From: Planctomycetota bacterium
GTDB taxonomy: Bacteria; Planctomycetota; UBA1135; UBA2386
Reading direction: 5' to 3'
NCBI GenBank assembly: GCA_965228735.1
Contig: OZ245838.1
Span: 4,800,001 to 4,864,000, forward strand
DNA: 64,000 nucleotides
This document shows positions 1-9,968 of the stretch, in pieces (positions within the stretch are counted from its first letter, which is position 1; every line of letters begins with the position of its first letter). Under the pieces are notes generated by a model. That model was not told the DNA's origin, did not search any database, and saw nothing but the letters and a program-made list of their open reading frames with translations. The translations under genes were made by a program, and so were the position numbers.

Positions 1-1194
1 ATCGACCAGCTCCTCGCCAACTACGAGAAGCCAGAAGACCTGACAGGAAAGGACGGCATCCTCAAGGAGCTGACGGCCCGGCTGCTCGGCCGAGCCCTCG
101 AAGGCGAGATGACCGAGCACCTCGGCTACGAGAAGCACGCACCGCGTGCCGAGGGCACGACCAACGCCCGCAACGGATCGCGCAGCAAGACGATCAAGGT
201 CGAGGACGGCGAGCTCGAGATCGAGGTCCCCCGCGACCGCGACAGCACGTTCGAGCCCGAGATCGTCAAGAAGCGCCAGAGACGCTTCGCGGGCTTCGAC
301 GAGAAGATCCTGGCGCTCTACGCCCGCGGCATGACCGTCCGCGACATCCAGGGCCACCTGGAGGAGCTGTACGGCGTCGAGGTTTCGCCGTCGCTGATCT
401 CGAGCGCCACGTCGGCGGTCCACGAAGACGTCCTGGCCTGGCAGAGCCGACCGCTCGAGCCGGTCTACCCGATCGTCTTCCTCGATGCGCTCGTCGTGAA
501 GGTGCGCGATGAAAGCGTCGTCCGCAACAAGTCGGTCTACCTGGCGATCGGCGTCACGCTCGACGGCCGCCGTGAAGTCCTCGGGATCTGGATCGAGCAG
601 ACGGAGGGCGCCAAGTTCTGGCTGAAGGTCATGAACGAGCTGAAGACGCGGGGCGTCCAGGACATCCTGATTGCGTGCTGCGATGGCCTGAAGGGCTTCC
701 CGGACGCGATCGAGCACGTGTTCCCGCAGGCCACCGTGCAGACCTGCATCGTGCACATGATCCGGAACTCGCTGCGCTTCGTCAGCTACAAGGATCGCAA
801 GGCCGTCGCCAAGGACCTCAAGCCGATCTACACGGCGGCCAACCGTGAAGCCGCCGAGGCAGCGCTGGATGCCTTCGACAAGAAGTGGGGCCGCCGCTAC
901 GAGATGATCACCTCGTCCTGGCGAGCGAACTGGGAGCGTGTCGTGCCGTTCCTCGACTTCCCGCCCGAGGTCCGGCGCGTGATCTATACGACCAACCAGA
1001 TCGAGGCGCTCAACTCGAGCCTGCGCAAGCTGCTGCAGTACCGCGGCCACTTCCCGGACGACAAGTCCGTCACCAAGCTGCTCTACCTCGCGCTGCGTCG
1101 CTTCGAGAAGAAGTGGACGCGTGCGCTCTGGAATTGGAGCGCCGTCCTCGGGCAGCTCGCTATCTTCTTTCAAGGCAGGATACCTGCCCTGTAA
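1..1194 (+). CDS. IS256-family (mutator-type) DDE transposase, 5'-partial
   Basis: Frame +1 is open from position 1 (IDQLLANYEKPEDLTGKDGILKEL...). Motifs RNGSRSK, VPRDRDSTFEP, YPIVFLDAL, DGLKGF, QTCIVH and YTTNQIE are typical of IS256 transposases. Confidence 0.95.
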   Translation: MDQLLANYEKPEDLTGKDGILKELTARLLGRALEGEMTEHLGYEKHAPRAEGTTNARNGSRSKTIKVEDGELEIEVPRDRDSTFEPEIVKKRQRRFAGFDEKILALYARGMTVRDIQGHLEELYGVEVSPSLISSATSAVHEDVLAWQSRPLEPVYPIVFLDALVVKVRDESVVRNKSVYLAIGVTLDGRREVLGIWIEQTEGAKFWLKVMNELKTRGVQDILIACCDGLKGFPDAIEHVFPQATVQTCIVHMIRNSLRFVSYKDRKAVAKDLKPIYTAANREAAEAALDAFDKKWGRRYEMITSSWRANWERVVPFLDFPPEVRRVIYTTNQIEALNSSLRKLLQYRGHFPDDKSVTKLLYLALRRFEKKWTRALWNWSAVLGQLAIFFQGRIPAL

Positions 1195-1221
1195 CCGTGA
1201 CCTCACTCCGCCAGCTGGTCG

Positions 1222-1249
1222 CCGTTTACACCGTTAGCTGCACACTCCC
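1222..1249. repeat. Probable right terminal inverted repeat of the IS256 element
   Basis: ...TTTACACCGTTAGCTGCACACTCCC lies just after the transposase stop and resembles IS256 ends. The left IR is outside the window. Confidence 0.6.
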
Positions 1250-1692
1250 CCGCTTCCCCCGGGTTTCGGCAGCCTTTCGTCACCACTCCCCCGTTCCACG
1301 AGCTTCTCAGATGGCGTGCGCCGGAGACTCGTCTCGCCAGTAATCCTCGATCATCTGTAGTGCGCGAACATCCTGGTTCGTGATGGCTTGCCGCGTCGTC
1401 TCCATGACTTCGCGGACCCCCTGAACCCCCTTTCGGCGTGACCGCCTACGGTGGGCGTCGAGTTGCTCGTTCTGAGCAAGATCGACTGAGCAGTGCTCGT
1501 TCACGTCGCGGCTCAGCGGCGGGTTGGCTTGGAACCGCGGCCACACACGCTGCTCCCCGGTGGTTTTGCTCGTCGCAGCGTAGGGCCCTGCGATGTCGCC
1601 CACGCCGAAACCCCTGCACACCGTAGCCGTTAATCCCGGCACCAAAGTCATCGCTCTCCTCAACCCCGGCAGAGAGCCGGAAAGGCAGACCG

Positions 1693-3162
1693 ATGACCGA
1701 TTCGCAGAGACCAGAAGACAACGCTGACCAGCCGACCATTCCGATCGGGCCCGAGCCGACCTCGCAGTTCCCGCTGACGCCGCAGGCGCCCGGGATCGGC
1801 GGCGGAGAGGAGACGCACGGCGAAGCCGGGCGACTCCTCGGAGCCGGCGATCCCGGGCGGGCGCCAACCCCCTCGACGACAGGCGACCTGCCGCCCGAGC
1901 TCGCAGGCCGTCGTCGCTCGCGCACGCGCCGCCGTGTCGTGCCGCAACCGCGTCAGCATTTCAGCGCCCGCGAGCGCCTGCTGATCCTGGACACCTGGCA
2001 GCGCTCGAAGCTGCCGGCAAAGGACTTCGCTGCGCTCGTCGGAGTGTCGCCGCATTCGCTCTACAAGTGGCGCAGCCGCTTCCAGGAGGAAGGGCCGGCG
2101 GGCCTCGAGGATCGCCCGAAGGGCCCCGGGCCCGGCAGCCGCCTGTCGGACGAGACGAAGCGCGCGATCCTGATGATGAAGCAGGCGCATCCCGAGTGGG
2201 GCCAGGATCGCCTGCACTCGATGCTCATGCGCACGCAGGGCCTCGCTGCGAGCCCAGGTGCGATCGGTCGCTACCTGGAGGAAGAGGGCTACGTCGTCGA
2301 GGACGTGCCGACGAAGCCGCACCCGGACAAGCCACGACGCTTCGAGCGCAGCAAGCCGAACCAGATGTGGCAGACGGACCTGTTCACCTTCGTCTTGAAG
2401 CGTCAGAACCGACGTGTGCACCTGGTCGGCTTTCTCGACGACTACAGCCGCTACCTCGTCGGCTTCGGACTGCACGCGAGCAGCTCCGGTGCGATGGTGC
2501 GCGAGGCGCTGGAGTCGGCGATCGCCAACTACGGTGCGCCCGACGAAGTGCTGACCGACAACGGGACGCAGTACAAGACCTGGCGCGGCAAGAGCGCCTT
2601 CACCAAGTTGCTCGAGCGTCGCGGGATCAAGCAGATCGTCGCCAGCCCGCGGCATCCGCAGACGCTGGGCAAGATCGAGCGCTTCTGGGGGACGCTGTGG
2701 CGCGAGTGCGTGCAGCAGGCAGTGTTTCGCGATCTCGACGACGCGCGTGATCGCATTCGTCAGTTCGTCGATCACTACAACTTCCAGCGCACGCATTCGG
2801 GGATCGACGGCATGGTGCCGGCGGATCGCTACTTCGAATCAGCGCCGCAGGTGCTGGAGACGCTGCGCGAGCAGGTGAAGGCCAACGCCAAAGAACTCGC
2901 GCAGAACGGCGCACCGCGCAAGACCTTCTACCTGACGGGTCGAGTCGGTGACTCCAACATCTCGCTGCATGCCGAGGGCGAGCGGGTCGTGCTGACGAAG
3001 GAGGACGGCAGTCGCGAAGAGGTCGACCTCGGCGCGACCGGCCGGCGGGCCGAAGTCGGGAGCGAATCTGACGTCGAAGGGCCCGGCGAGTCTCCCCTCG
3101 ATGCCGCTCTGCAGGACCTGTCCGACGGTCTCGATTCGGAGACCGGGGAGGACGACTCGTGA
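1693..3162 (+). CDS. IS481-like DDE transposase/integrase (HTH + rve)
   Basis: HTH (FAALVGVSPHSLYKWRSRFQEEGPAGL), HPEWG, RFERSKPNQMWQTD, LDDYSR, LTDNGTQY, GKIERFW, YNFQRTHS. Confidence 0.92.
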   Translation: MTDSQRPEDNADQPTIPIGPEPTSQFPLTPQAPGIGGGEETHGEAGRLLGAGDPGRAPTPSTTGDLPPELAGRRRSRTRRRVVPQPRQHFSARERLLILDTWQRSKLPAKDFAALVGVSPHSLYKWRSRFQEEGPAGLEDRPKGPGPGSRLSDETKRAILMMKQAHPEWGQDRLHSMLMRTQGLAASPGAIGRYLEEEGYVVEDVPTKPHPDKPRRFERSKPNQMWQTDLFTFVLKRQNRRVHLVGFLDDYSRYLVGFGLHASSSGAMVREALESAIANYGAPDEVLTDNGTQYKTWRGKSAFTKLLERRGIKQIVASPRHPQTLGKIERFWGTLWRECVQQAVFRDLDDARDRIRQFVDHYNFQRTHSGIDGMVPADRYFESAPQVLETLREQVKANAKELAQNGAPRKTFYLTGRVGDSNISLHAEGERVVLTKEDGSREEVDLGATGRRAEVGSESDVEGPGESPLDAALQDLSDGLDSETGEDDS

Positions 3163-3689
3163 CGGCGAAGAAGCCACGCCCGAAGCCGGCGGGGCCGAAG
3201 GCCCTGACCGGCAGCGACGAGGCCAAGCGCCGCGCCACGGTCATCCTCGAAGCGATGTGTGGGCTTCGCACCACGCAGTCCGCCAGCGATGAGCTGCGCA
3301 TCGCGCTCGTGCGCTACTACGTGCTCGAGACGCGCATGCTGCAGGCGATGATCGACGCGCTGGAGCCGCGTGCGCGCGGTCGCAAGCGCGACATCGAGGC
3401 GGAACTCAAGCAGGTCCGCGAGGACGCCAAAAAGACGCAGCGCGAGCTGATGCGTCTGCAGGCGTTGCACCGCGTCACGCAGCGCGCTGTGTGCGTCAAA
3501 CCGGACAAGCCCGCCAAGTCGGCCAATTCAAAAGGCGGAGCCCCGGTGAAGAAGCGTCGCACCCGCAAGCAGTCACGCGGTGAGCGCGTGCTCGCGGCGA
3601 TGAAGGCTGCCGAGTCCGACGCTGCACCGGCGTCCTTGCCCGCGCCGAGTGCTATCGTGACGCGACAACCAGACGAGGGAGTGGCGTGA
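3159..3689 (+). CDS. HTH + coiled-coil protein (transposon accessory, OrfA-like)
   Basis: GTGA overlap with the upstream transposase. Sequence pattern is shared with the next ORF. Confidence 0.75.
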   Translation: MTAKKPRPKPAGPKALTGSDEAKRRATVILEAMCGLRTTQSASDELRIALVRYYVLETRMLQAMIDALEPRARGRKRDIEAELKQVREDAKKTQRELMRLQALHRVTQRAVCVKPDKPAKSANSKGGAPVKKRRTRKQSRGERVLAAMKAAESDAAPASLPAPSAIVTRQPDEGVA

Positions 3690-3690
3690 C

Positions 3691-4098
3691 ATGACGATGG
3701 GACGGCCGAACAAAGGACTGGATCACCTCGACAAGTACGACGTCTCCGAGCAGAGCCAGCTGCGCGGTCGCATCGTCATGCAGACCATCACGGGCGAGCT
3801 CTCGGTGGCAGATGCGTGCGAGCAGCTCGGTGTCGATCGCTCGCGCTTCTGGCGTCTGCGTGACCAGGCGCTGCAGTGGTATCTGGAGTCCTTCGAACCT
3901 GGCCGTCCCGGTCGTCCTCGGAAGCGAGACGCGGATGCCGAGACCGAAGAGCAAGCTCTGCGTGATCGTGTCGCGCAGCTCGAGCGTGAGCTCCGTCTCG
4001 CGGAAGCGCGGGCGGATCTCGCCGGTCTCGATCCAAAAAAAGTGACGCCGGAACCACGGCGCATGAGCCGACAGGAGCGGCGACGAAGAAGCCGGTGA
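3691..4098 (+). CDS. HTH + leucine-zipper-like protein (IS3 OrfA-like)
   Basis: GELSVADACEQLGVDRSRFWRLR HTH, PGRPRK, then heptad LRDRVAQLERELRL. RBS-like GAGGGAG upstream. Confidence 0.8.
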   Translation: MTMGRPNKGLDHLDKYDVSEQSQLRGRIVMQTITGELSVADACEQLGVDRSRFWRLRDQALQWYLESFEPGRPGRPRKRDADAETEEQALRDRVAQLERELRLAEARADLAGLDPKKVTPEPRRMSRQERRRRSR

Positions 4099-5171
4099 AC
4101 GCCACTGCGGGCAAGCGCTGGGCTGCGATCGACGTATCGCGTCAGGTGATCGCGAACGTCGTGCGCGACCTCGGCGTGACCTGTCGTCGTGCCGGCGAGT
4201 TACTGCGCTGCTCCGCGTCGACAGTGTCCGCCTGGATGCAGCGCGCGGCGCGCGCTGCCATCGGCACGCCCTATCGCAGGCCAGGTCGTCCGACTCTGGC
4301 CGCCGATCGACTGGCCCGCAACGACGTCTACGCCACGCTGCAGGCGCACGGCGGTCGCATCTCGGATCAGGAGCTCAAGCAGGCATACCCGGACGTCGGT
4401 CGCGCGGAGCTGCGGCGACTCAAGGCGCGATGGCGTCGGCTGTCGGCCCGGCTGCGCCGTCGCCGTCTCGAGCAGTTGACCTGGGAGTGCCCGGGCGCGA
4501 TCTGGGCGATGGACTTCGCCGAGTTACCCGGCGGCATCGAAGACCTCGGCAAGCACCTGCTCGTCGTGCGCGACCTCGCCAGCGGCGCTGTGCTCGAGGC
4601 TGCCGCGTGCCGGGCGCAAGATGCCGCGCACGTCGTCCGTGTGCTCCGCCGACTGTTTGCCGAGCATGGCGCCCCGCTCGTCCTCAAGAGCGACAACGGG
4701 AGCGCCTTCGTCAGCCATGCTGCGCAGGCGCTGCTCGCCGCACACGGCGTGCTGCCGCTCTTTTCGCCCCCCGGGACGCCGGCATACAACGGTGGCTGTG
4801 AGGCCGGCGTCGGCAGCGTGAAGTCGCGCGCTGTGGCCATCGCGAGCATGCGCGGCGTCGACTGTGGTGTCACGCTCGACGACTTGCACGACGCGGTCGC
4901 GCAGAGCAACGCGCAGCCGATCGCGCGGCGCGCCGGCTCGCCGCTGCGCGGGCCAACGTGGCTTGCTCGGGCGCCGCTAACGGCCGCGATGCGAGCTGGC
5001 CTGTGCCGCCGCGTCGAGCGGCATCGCGGGAGCGCCTGCCGTGCTCGGGGGATTGCCTGGGGCGCCGACCTCCCGCATCATCTACGGGCTTCGATTGATC
5101 GCTTCGCGATCGGTCGAGCGCTTCGTGAACTCCGTTTCCTATCAACCCGGAGAGCCGACTTTGCTGCCTGA
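4095..5171 (+). CDS. Second DDE integrase/transposase (OrfB-like)
   Basis: WAMDF...VRDLASG...LKSDNGSAF...YNGGCE gives a complete D-D-E set. GTGA overlap with the upstream ORF. Confidence 0.85.
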   Translation: MNATAGKRWAAIDVSRQVIANVVRDLGVTCRRAGELLRCSASTVSAWMQRAARAAIGTPYRRPGRPTLAADRLARNDVYATLQAHGGRISDQELKQAYPDVGRAELRRLKARWRRLSARLRRRRLEQLTWECPGAIWAMDFAELPGGIEDLGKHLLVVRDLASGAVLEAAACRAQDAAHVVRVLRRLFAEHGAPLVLKSDNGSAFVSHAAQALLAAHGVLPLFSPPGTPAYNGGCEAGVGSVKSRAVAIASMRGVDCGVTLDDLHDAVAQSNAQPIARRAGSPLRGPTWLARAPLTAAMRAGLCRRVERHRGSACRARGIAWGADLPHHLRASIDRFAIGRALRELRFLSTRRADFAA

Positions 5172-5211
5172 TTGCTCAGCCAGGGTGTGCAGTGTTTGGC
5201 GGGGGCGTACA

Positions 5212-5321
5212 AGTTCGCCGTCGTAGCCACCTCGGGGACGAGGGGCGACCTGAACGTTCTTGCGAACGAAGTAGCCGGAAAGTTCCAGGAACTCGGCGGT
5301 GAGGGCTTCGAGATGGTTCAT
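5212..5321 (-). pseudogene. 5' fragment of a putative PD-(D/E)XK nuclease-like gene truncated by the transposon
   Basis: ATG overlaps the rep stop (TGATG). Reads MNHLEALTAEFLELSGYFVRKNVQVAPRPRGGYDGEL and is cut exactly at the ACA element end. Confidence 0.6.
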
Positions 5322-6604
5322 CAGAGAGCTGACACAGTGTCAATATCTGGGCGGGCATCCTTGGGCTTCGGGCATCCGTAGCATGCGCTCAGTAGGTCGA
5401 GTTCTGCTCCTCCACTCTGAAGCTGGGCGGCGATCCTTCTGATCTTCTTGATGGACGTCCTGCCCCAGTGGGCCTCGAAGCTGCTCCTGAAGACTGGGTC
5501 GCGGATGTAGGCCCCAGCGAGTGCCTCGTTCTTGCTTGAGGCTTTCACTTCTCGGTGACGGAGCAAGTCGATTTCCCAAGCTAGCGCGGCGTGAAGCGCC
5601 TGAAGGTTCAGCTCGATCGCCACGGTCTTTCCTGGGATCTCTCGGTCGAGGATCTGCAGAAGCCTGCCGTGAACCCTGATCCCCGAGCCTGCGCCTTCGA
5701 GCGCCTTCCGAAGCGCCGGCAGGCCCGCCTTGCCCGTCCACTGCCTCTCAACTCGAACGACTTCGCCCGGAGCCGGCGCATCGACGAGAGCGTCGAAGTC
5801 CTCGACCGACTTGCCGGCCTCCGCCATCTGCCTGCCCTTGTCGTAGACGCGGAGCTGGTGTGGTCTCTGGCTCTTGCTGGCTGGGGCCCACCAGAGTCCG
5901 TTCTTCATTCGCTGGGGGAATGGTGGCTTGTTCACGCGAGGCCAGCGCGTGAACGCGTGAGCGTCTGCGTAGTCTGCGGCGTTTCCTGCGAAGTCGCGAG
6001 CCGCGTCGAGTCGGATGATCGCCCATCGCTTGTCGTGAATGTCTGCCATCGCCGTTGTCCACGGGAGCAGGGCCTGGGTCAGGGTCTCGAAGACGTGCTG
6101 CACGTCGGACTGCGTGAGTTCGTGCAGTCGGTAGTTGGGAACACCAAGAACGCGAGAGACCGAAACCTCGATCGCGCACTTGCCACCTCCGTCAGGCGTA
6201 GACGACCAGAGCTGCACGCGGCAGTCGTCCGAGGGTCGCTGCCAAAGCTCGCTGCCGTGATCCGGCTCTACCAAGGACCCGTCAGGGAGCTTCTTCGCGA
6301 AGTGCCTGTTCTTGACGAGCGCGAACCCGAGCTTCTGCAGGATAGCCCGATCTTTCGCGACAGGTGTCTGCAACAGCGAGAGGCGCACCGTGTCGATGCA
6401 GTTCTCATTCGCGGGAAGCGCGAGGTTGCGAGTGTCGGCAAGGGCCGTCAGCTCTCTTTGATTCGCGATGCCTGTTTGCCGCAGTTGGGCGATGGCCTTC
6501 CAGAGCTTCGCGTTCTTGTGCTTAAGGGCGTGCTTCCCAGATGCGGGCACATGTGGGTTCGCGACCGGGATAGGGGTGCCACTACGGACTGAGTGATGCA
6601 CCAT
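5321..6604 (-). CDS. Putative rolling-circle replication initiator (Rep_trans / phage gene II-like)
   Basis: Motifs IIRLDAARDF, LRVYDKG and VRVERQ match the RxD...YDK...RxE pattern of Rep_trans-type initiators. Confidence 0.6.
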   Translation of the reverse strand: MVHHSVRSGTPIPVANPHVPASGKHALKHKNAKLWKAIAQLRQTGIANQRELTALADTRNLALPANENCIDTVRLSLLQTPVAKDRAILQKLGFALVKNRHFAKKLPDGSLVEPDHGSELWQRPSDDCRVQLWSSTPDGGGKCAIEVSVSRVLGVPNYRLHELTQSDVQHVFETLTQALLPWTTAMADIHDKRWAIIRLDAARDFAGNAADYADAHAFTRWPRVNKPPFPQRMKNGLWWAPASKSQRPHQLRVYDKGRQMAEAGKSVEDFDALVDAPAPGEVVRVERQWTGKAGLPALRKALEGAGSGIRVHGRLLQILDREIPGKTVAIELNLQALHAALAWEIDLLRHREVKASSKNEALAGAYIRDPVFRSSFEAHWGRTSIKKIRRIAAQLQSGGAELDLLSACYGCPKPKDARPDIDTVSAL

Positions 6605-7014
6605 GGCTGCTCTGCTTCTGGTTGTGAATGGGGTCTCCGCTGGACGTTGACCCTACCTGGAGCGCTCGGCTCCGAGTCGGCTTGCCCTGCTAGGGCCTGA
6701 GCGTTGCTCTCCCTGCTGCCCGTTCGCGGTGCGAAGGGTGCGTCCGGTCCGTGTGTCGAGCTGGTTTGTGCCCGGAGTCCGGCTTCGTTTTGGCAGAACT
6801 TCGGCGCGAGGTTCTTTGCGAACTGCGCGTCGCGGCGGCGCGAACTCGTCGCTAGAGCATCGGCGGATTACGAATCGACGGTTCGGACAATGGGTCGACG
6901 CCGAAGGGGTGGCGGCGTAGCTCGGCGTCAAGCTGTCGTTTGGGCTGTCGAGCTTCTTCTGTCGGAGGTCTAGGTCACGACGGCCGGCAGACTTAGGCGC
7001 TAAGCCAGTCCGGG

Positions 7015-7034
7015 TTCGAGTCCTGCAGGGCCTA
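7015..7034 (+). repeat. att-like core, tRNA 3'-end fragment (copy 1)
   Basis: TTCGAGTCCTGCAGGGCCTA = T-loop + 3' T-stem + 3' acceptor strand. Identical copy at 9828-9847. Confidence 0.85.
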
Positions 7035-7042
7035 TCACCCAC

Positions 7043-7082
7043 ACCCCTCGAATGTGGCCGTTAACGGCCGATTCGCGGGGGT
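7043..7082 (+). terminator. Terminator-like hairpin immediately after the att core
   Basis: ACCCCTCGAAT-GT-GGCCG TTAA CGGCC-G-ATTCGCGGGGGT inverted repeat. Confidence 0.45.
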
Positions 7083-7102
7083 TCGGGGTCTGGGCGAGGG
7101 GC

Positions 7103-7170
7103 AGTGTGCAACAGAGTGTGCAACGGTCTTGTTCACACCCTGGCACGTTGTGGCACGATCTGGCACGGGG
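7103..7170 (+). repeat. Putative recombinase arm/accessory-factor binding repeats (left end of cassette)
   Basis: AGTGTGCAAC x2 (7103, 7115), then TGGCACG at 7141, 7151, 7161 (10-bp period). Confidence 0.65.
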
Positions 7171-7361
7171 TGGCGTTGGCGCTGCAGGGTGTGTCCTGCA
7201 GCGGGATGCGTTCCGGCGGGTGTGGCTGCTCGCGGGCGTGGGCCCGACGTTGGCCCGTGTCGGCACCTTCGGCGGCAGGGGCCCCCGGGTGAGGGGCGCG
7301 TCGCAGTGTGGGGCACTGAGCGGCCTACTTGGCCGCGCTTGAGTTCGCCGGTCGGTATTGC

Positions 7362-8093
7362 CTATTTCTCGGGGCTCGACTCAGCGGCCTGGGCCTTCTT
7401 TTTTTTCGCCTCAGCTTCACGCGCTCTGCGCGCTCGATCCAGGTGACGCTTCTTCTCCGCATCGAACCGGGGACTATACGGGCCGGCCGGGAGTGTAGCG
7501 CAGGCGTTGAGGTTGGCTTGCATGGCCATTGGCACATAGTCCGTGGCGGCTGCGGTCACAGCCGCATTGATCGCGGCAGCGATCAGGCCGCCCAGTCCGC
7601 CACCGCCGCCGCCTGAGTTGGACTGGAGCACTTCTTGGTGGCTGGTTTCCCAGAGCACTGCGCCAGTGCGCGTGGAGACAAGTTTGTAGTGCATCGACAC
7701 GGTGACTTGCGAGACGAGCACCGCGTAGGTTGTGTCCCAGGAGAGCAGTGTGATGAAGAGCACTGCGTCTGCGCCCAAATACTCTTCGAAGCGAGCGGGA
7801 GATACGCCGTCGAGGGCCCCGCCATCGGCAAGTCCCTCGGCAGCAAGGATGTCCGCAGTCGCCTCGACCGGGAGCACGTAGTAGCCCCGGTCCACCAACG
7901 GCTTGGTGATTGTCGACAAGAAGAAGCGCGGCGCCTCTGCATCGGCGGTTTGGTTGCGGACTGGTGGAACGACGACCGTGAAGGGCCGCTCGGCGTAGAA
8001 CTTCTCGTAGTCGGGGACCGGAGGCGCGCTTTGGCAGGCTATGGGCAAGACGCACGCGAGGAGGAGTCCGTAGCGAATGAACTCCCGCATCAC
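7362..8093 (-). CDS. DUF799/GNA1162-family lipoprotein
   Basis: Lipobox LPIAC; VVPPVRNQT, PLVDRGYYVLPV, LGADAVLFITL, LPAGPYSP. Confidence 0.85.
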   Translation of the reverse strand: MMREFIRYGLLLACVLPIACQSAPPVPDYEKFYAERPFTVVVPPVRNQTADAEAPRFFLSTITKPLVDRGYYVLPVEATADILAAEGLADGGALDGVSPARFEEYLGADAVLFITLLSWDTTYAVLVSQVTVSMHYKLVSTRTGAVLWETSHQEVLQSNSGGGGGGLGGLIAAAINAAVTAAATDYVPMAMQANLNACATLPAGPYSPRFDAEKKRHLDRARRAREAEAKKKKAQAAESSPEK

Positions 8094-8375
8094 TGCCCTC
8101 CCGGTTCGTCCATGGACTCAACAGTGGCGACCTGTGGGAGAAAGCGTTCCAGGAGCGCTACGAACTTCGCGGATTCTGGGTAGTCGGTTCGCTCTTTCTC
8201 GAGGGCGGCCTGCGCAATGTCCGGCTTCCCGACCTTGTAAGAGTAGTATGCATATTCCGCGGAGATTCCGGCAGGCGGCTTCTTCCCTGACTGCTCCGCC
8301 TTGAGGCACAGGTCTTCGAGCAGCTTGTGATGCGCCTTGATGGCTTGTGGCGACTCGGATCGCAGTGCTGAATAG
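8090..8375 (-). pseudogene. DUF4810-family lipoprotein, 5'-truncated by IS3
   Basis: KPPAGISAEYAYY...LEKERTDYPES resembles DUF4810. The N-terminus/lipobox is missing and the frame runs into the IS3 IR. Confidence 0.7.
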
Positions 8376-8425
8376 TGAACCGCCCCGGGTTTCTCGGAGG
8401 CTCCCAGACGTGAGAGGATGTAGCG

Positions 8426-9651
<1,226 letters not shown>

Positions 9652-9691
9652 CCGAGCCTCCGGAGAACCCGGGGCGGTTCACAATGCACTC

Positions 9692-9812
9692 GTTCACACC
9701 GCGACACAATCTGACACACCGTGGCACGGCCGCACCCCGGCGCGATCGCCGCATCGCCCGTCACGTGGCGCAGATAGGCGCAACCTGGCACTGTCTGTCA
9801 CAACCTGGCACG
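9692..9812 (+). repeat. 10-bp-periodic (T/C)G(G/A)CAC repeats (right end of cassette)
   Basis: GTTCACACCG CGACACAATC TGACACACCG TGGCACGG, and CAACCTGGCAC at 9781 and 9801. Confidence 0.6.
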
Positions 9813-9827
9813 ACCCCGCGCTCCGTC

Positions 9828-9847
9828 TTCGAGTCCTGCAGGGCCTA
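9828..9847 (+). repeat. att-like core, tRNA 3'-end fragment (copy 2, right island boundary)
   Basis: Exact 20-bp direct repeat of 7015-7034. Confidence 0.85.
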
Positions 9848-9968
9848 CTCACTCAAACCCGTCGACGAACGGTTTCGGAGAGTCCGAGCGGACCCCCGAG
9901 TGTGCGAGGCGCGCGGTTTCGCGGTTTGTCGGTCAGGTCCCCTGCCGCCGGGACACCGTCACCATGCC

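Larger units (their letters stand above)
1594..5211 (+). mobile_element. Four-gene transposable element with two DDE (rve) transposases, bounded by imperfect ~42-bp TGT...ACA inverted repeats
   Basis: Left end TGTCGCCCACGCCGAAACCCCTGCACACCGTAGCCGTTAATC (1594-1635). Reverse complement of right end TGTACGCCCCCGCCAAACACTGCACACCCTGGCTGAGCAATC (5211-5170). They enclose four overlapping/abutting ORFs. Confidence 0.8.

Noticed and set aside
1238..1622. CTGCACAC shared by the IS256 end and the four-gene element IR
   Set aside because: Only 8 bp and the transposase families are unrelated; likely coincidence.
6945..7037. Complete tRNA gene
   Set aside because: Only the 3' 20 nt are tRNA-like. There is no matching 5' acceptor strand, and the T-stem is mismatched (CCGGG/CCTGC).
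7103..7175. CRISPR array
   Set aside because: Repeat units are 7-10 bp without spacers, and no cas genes are in the window.
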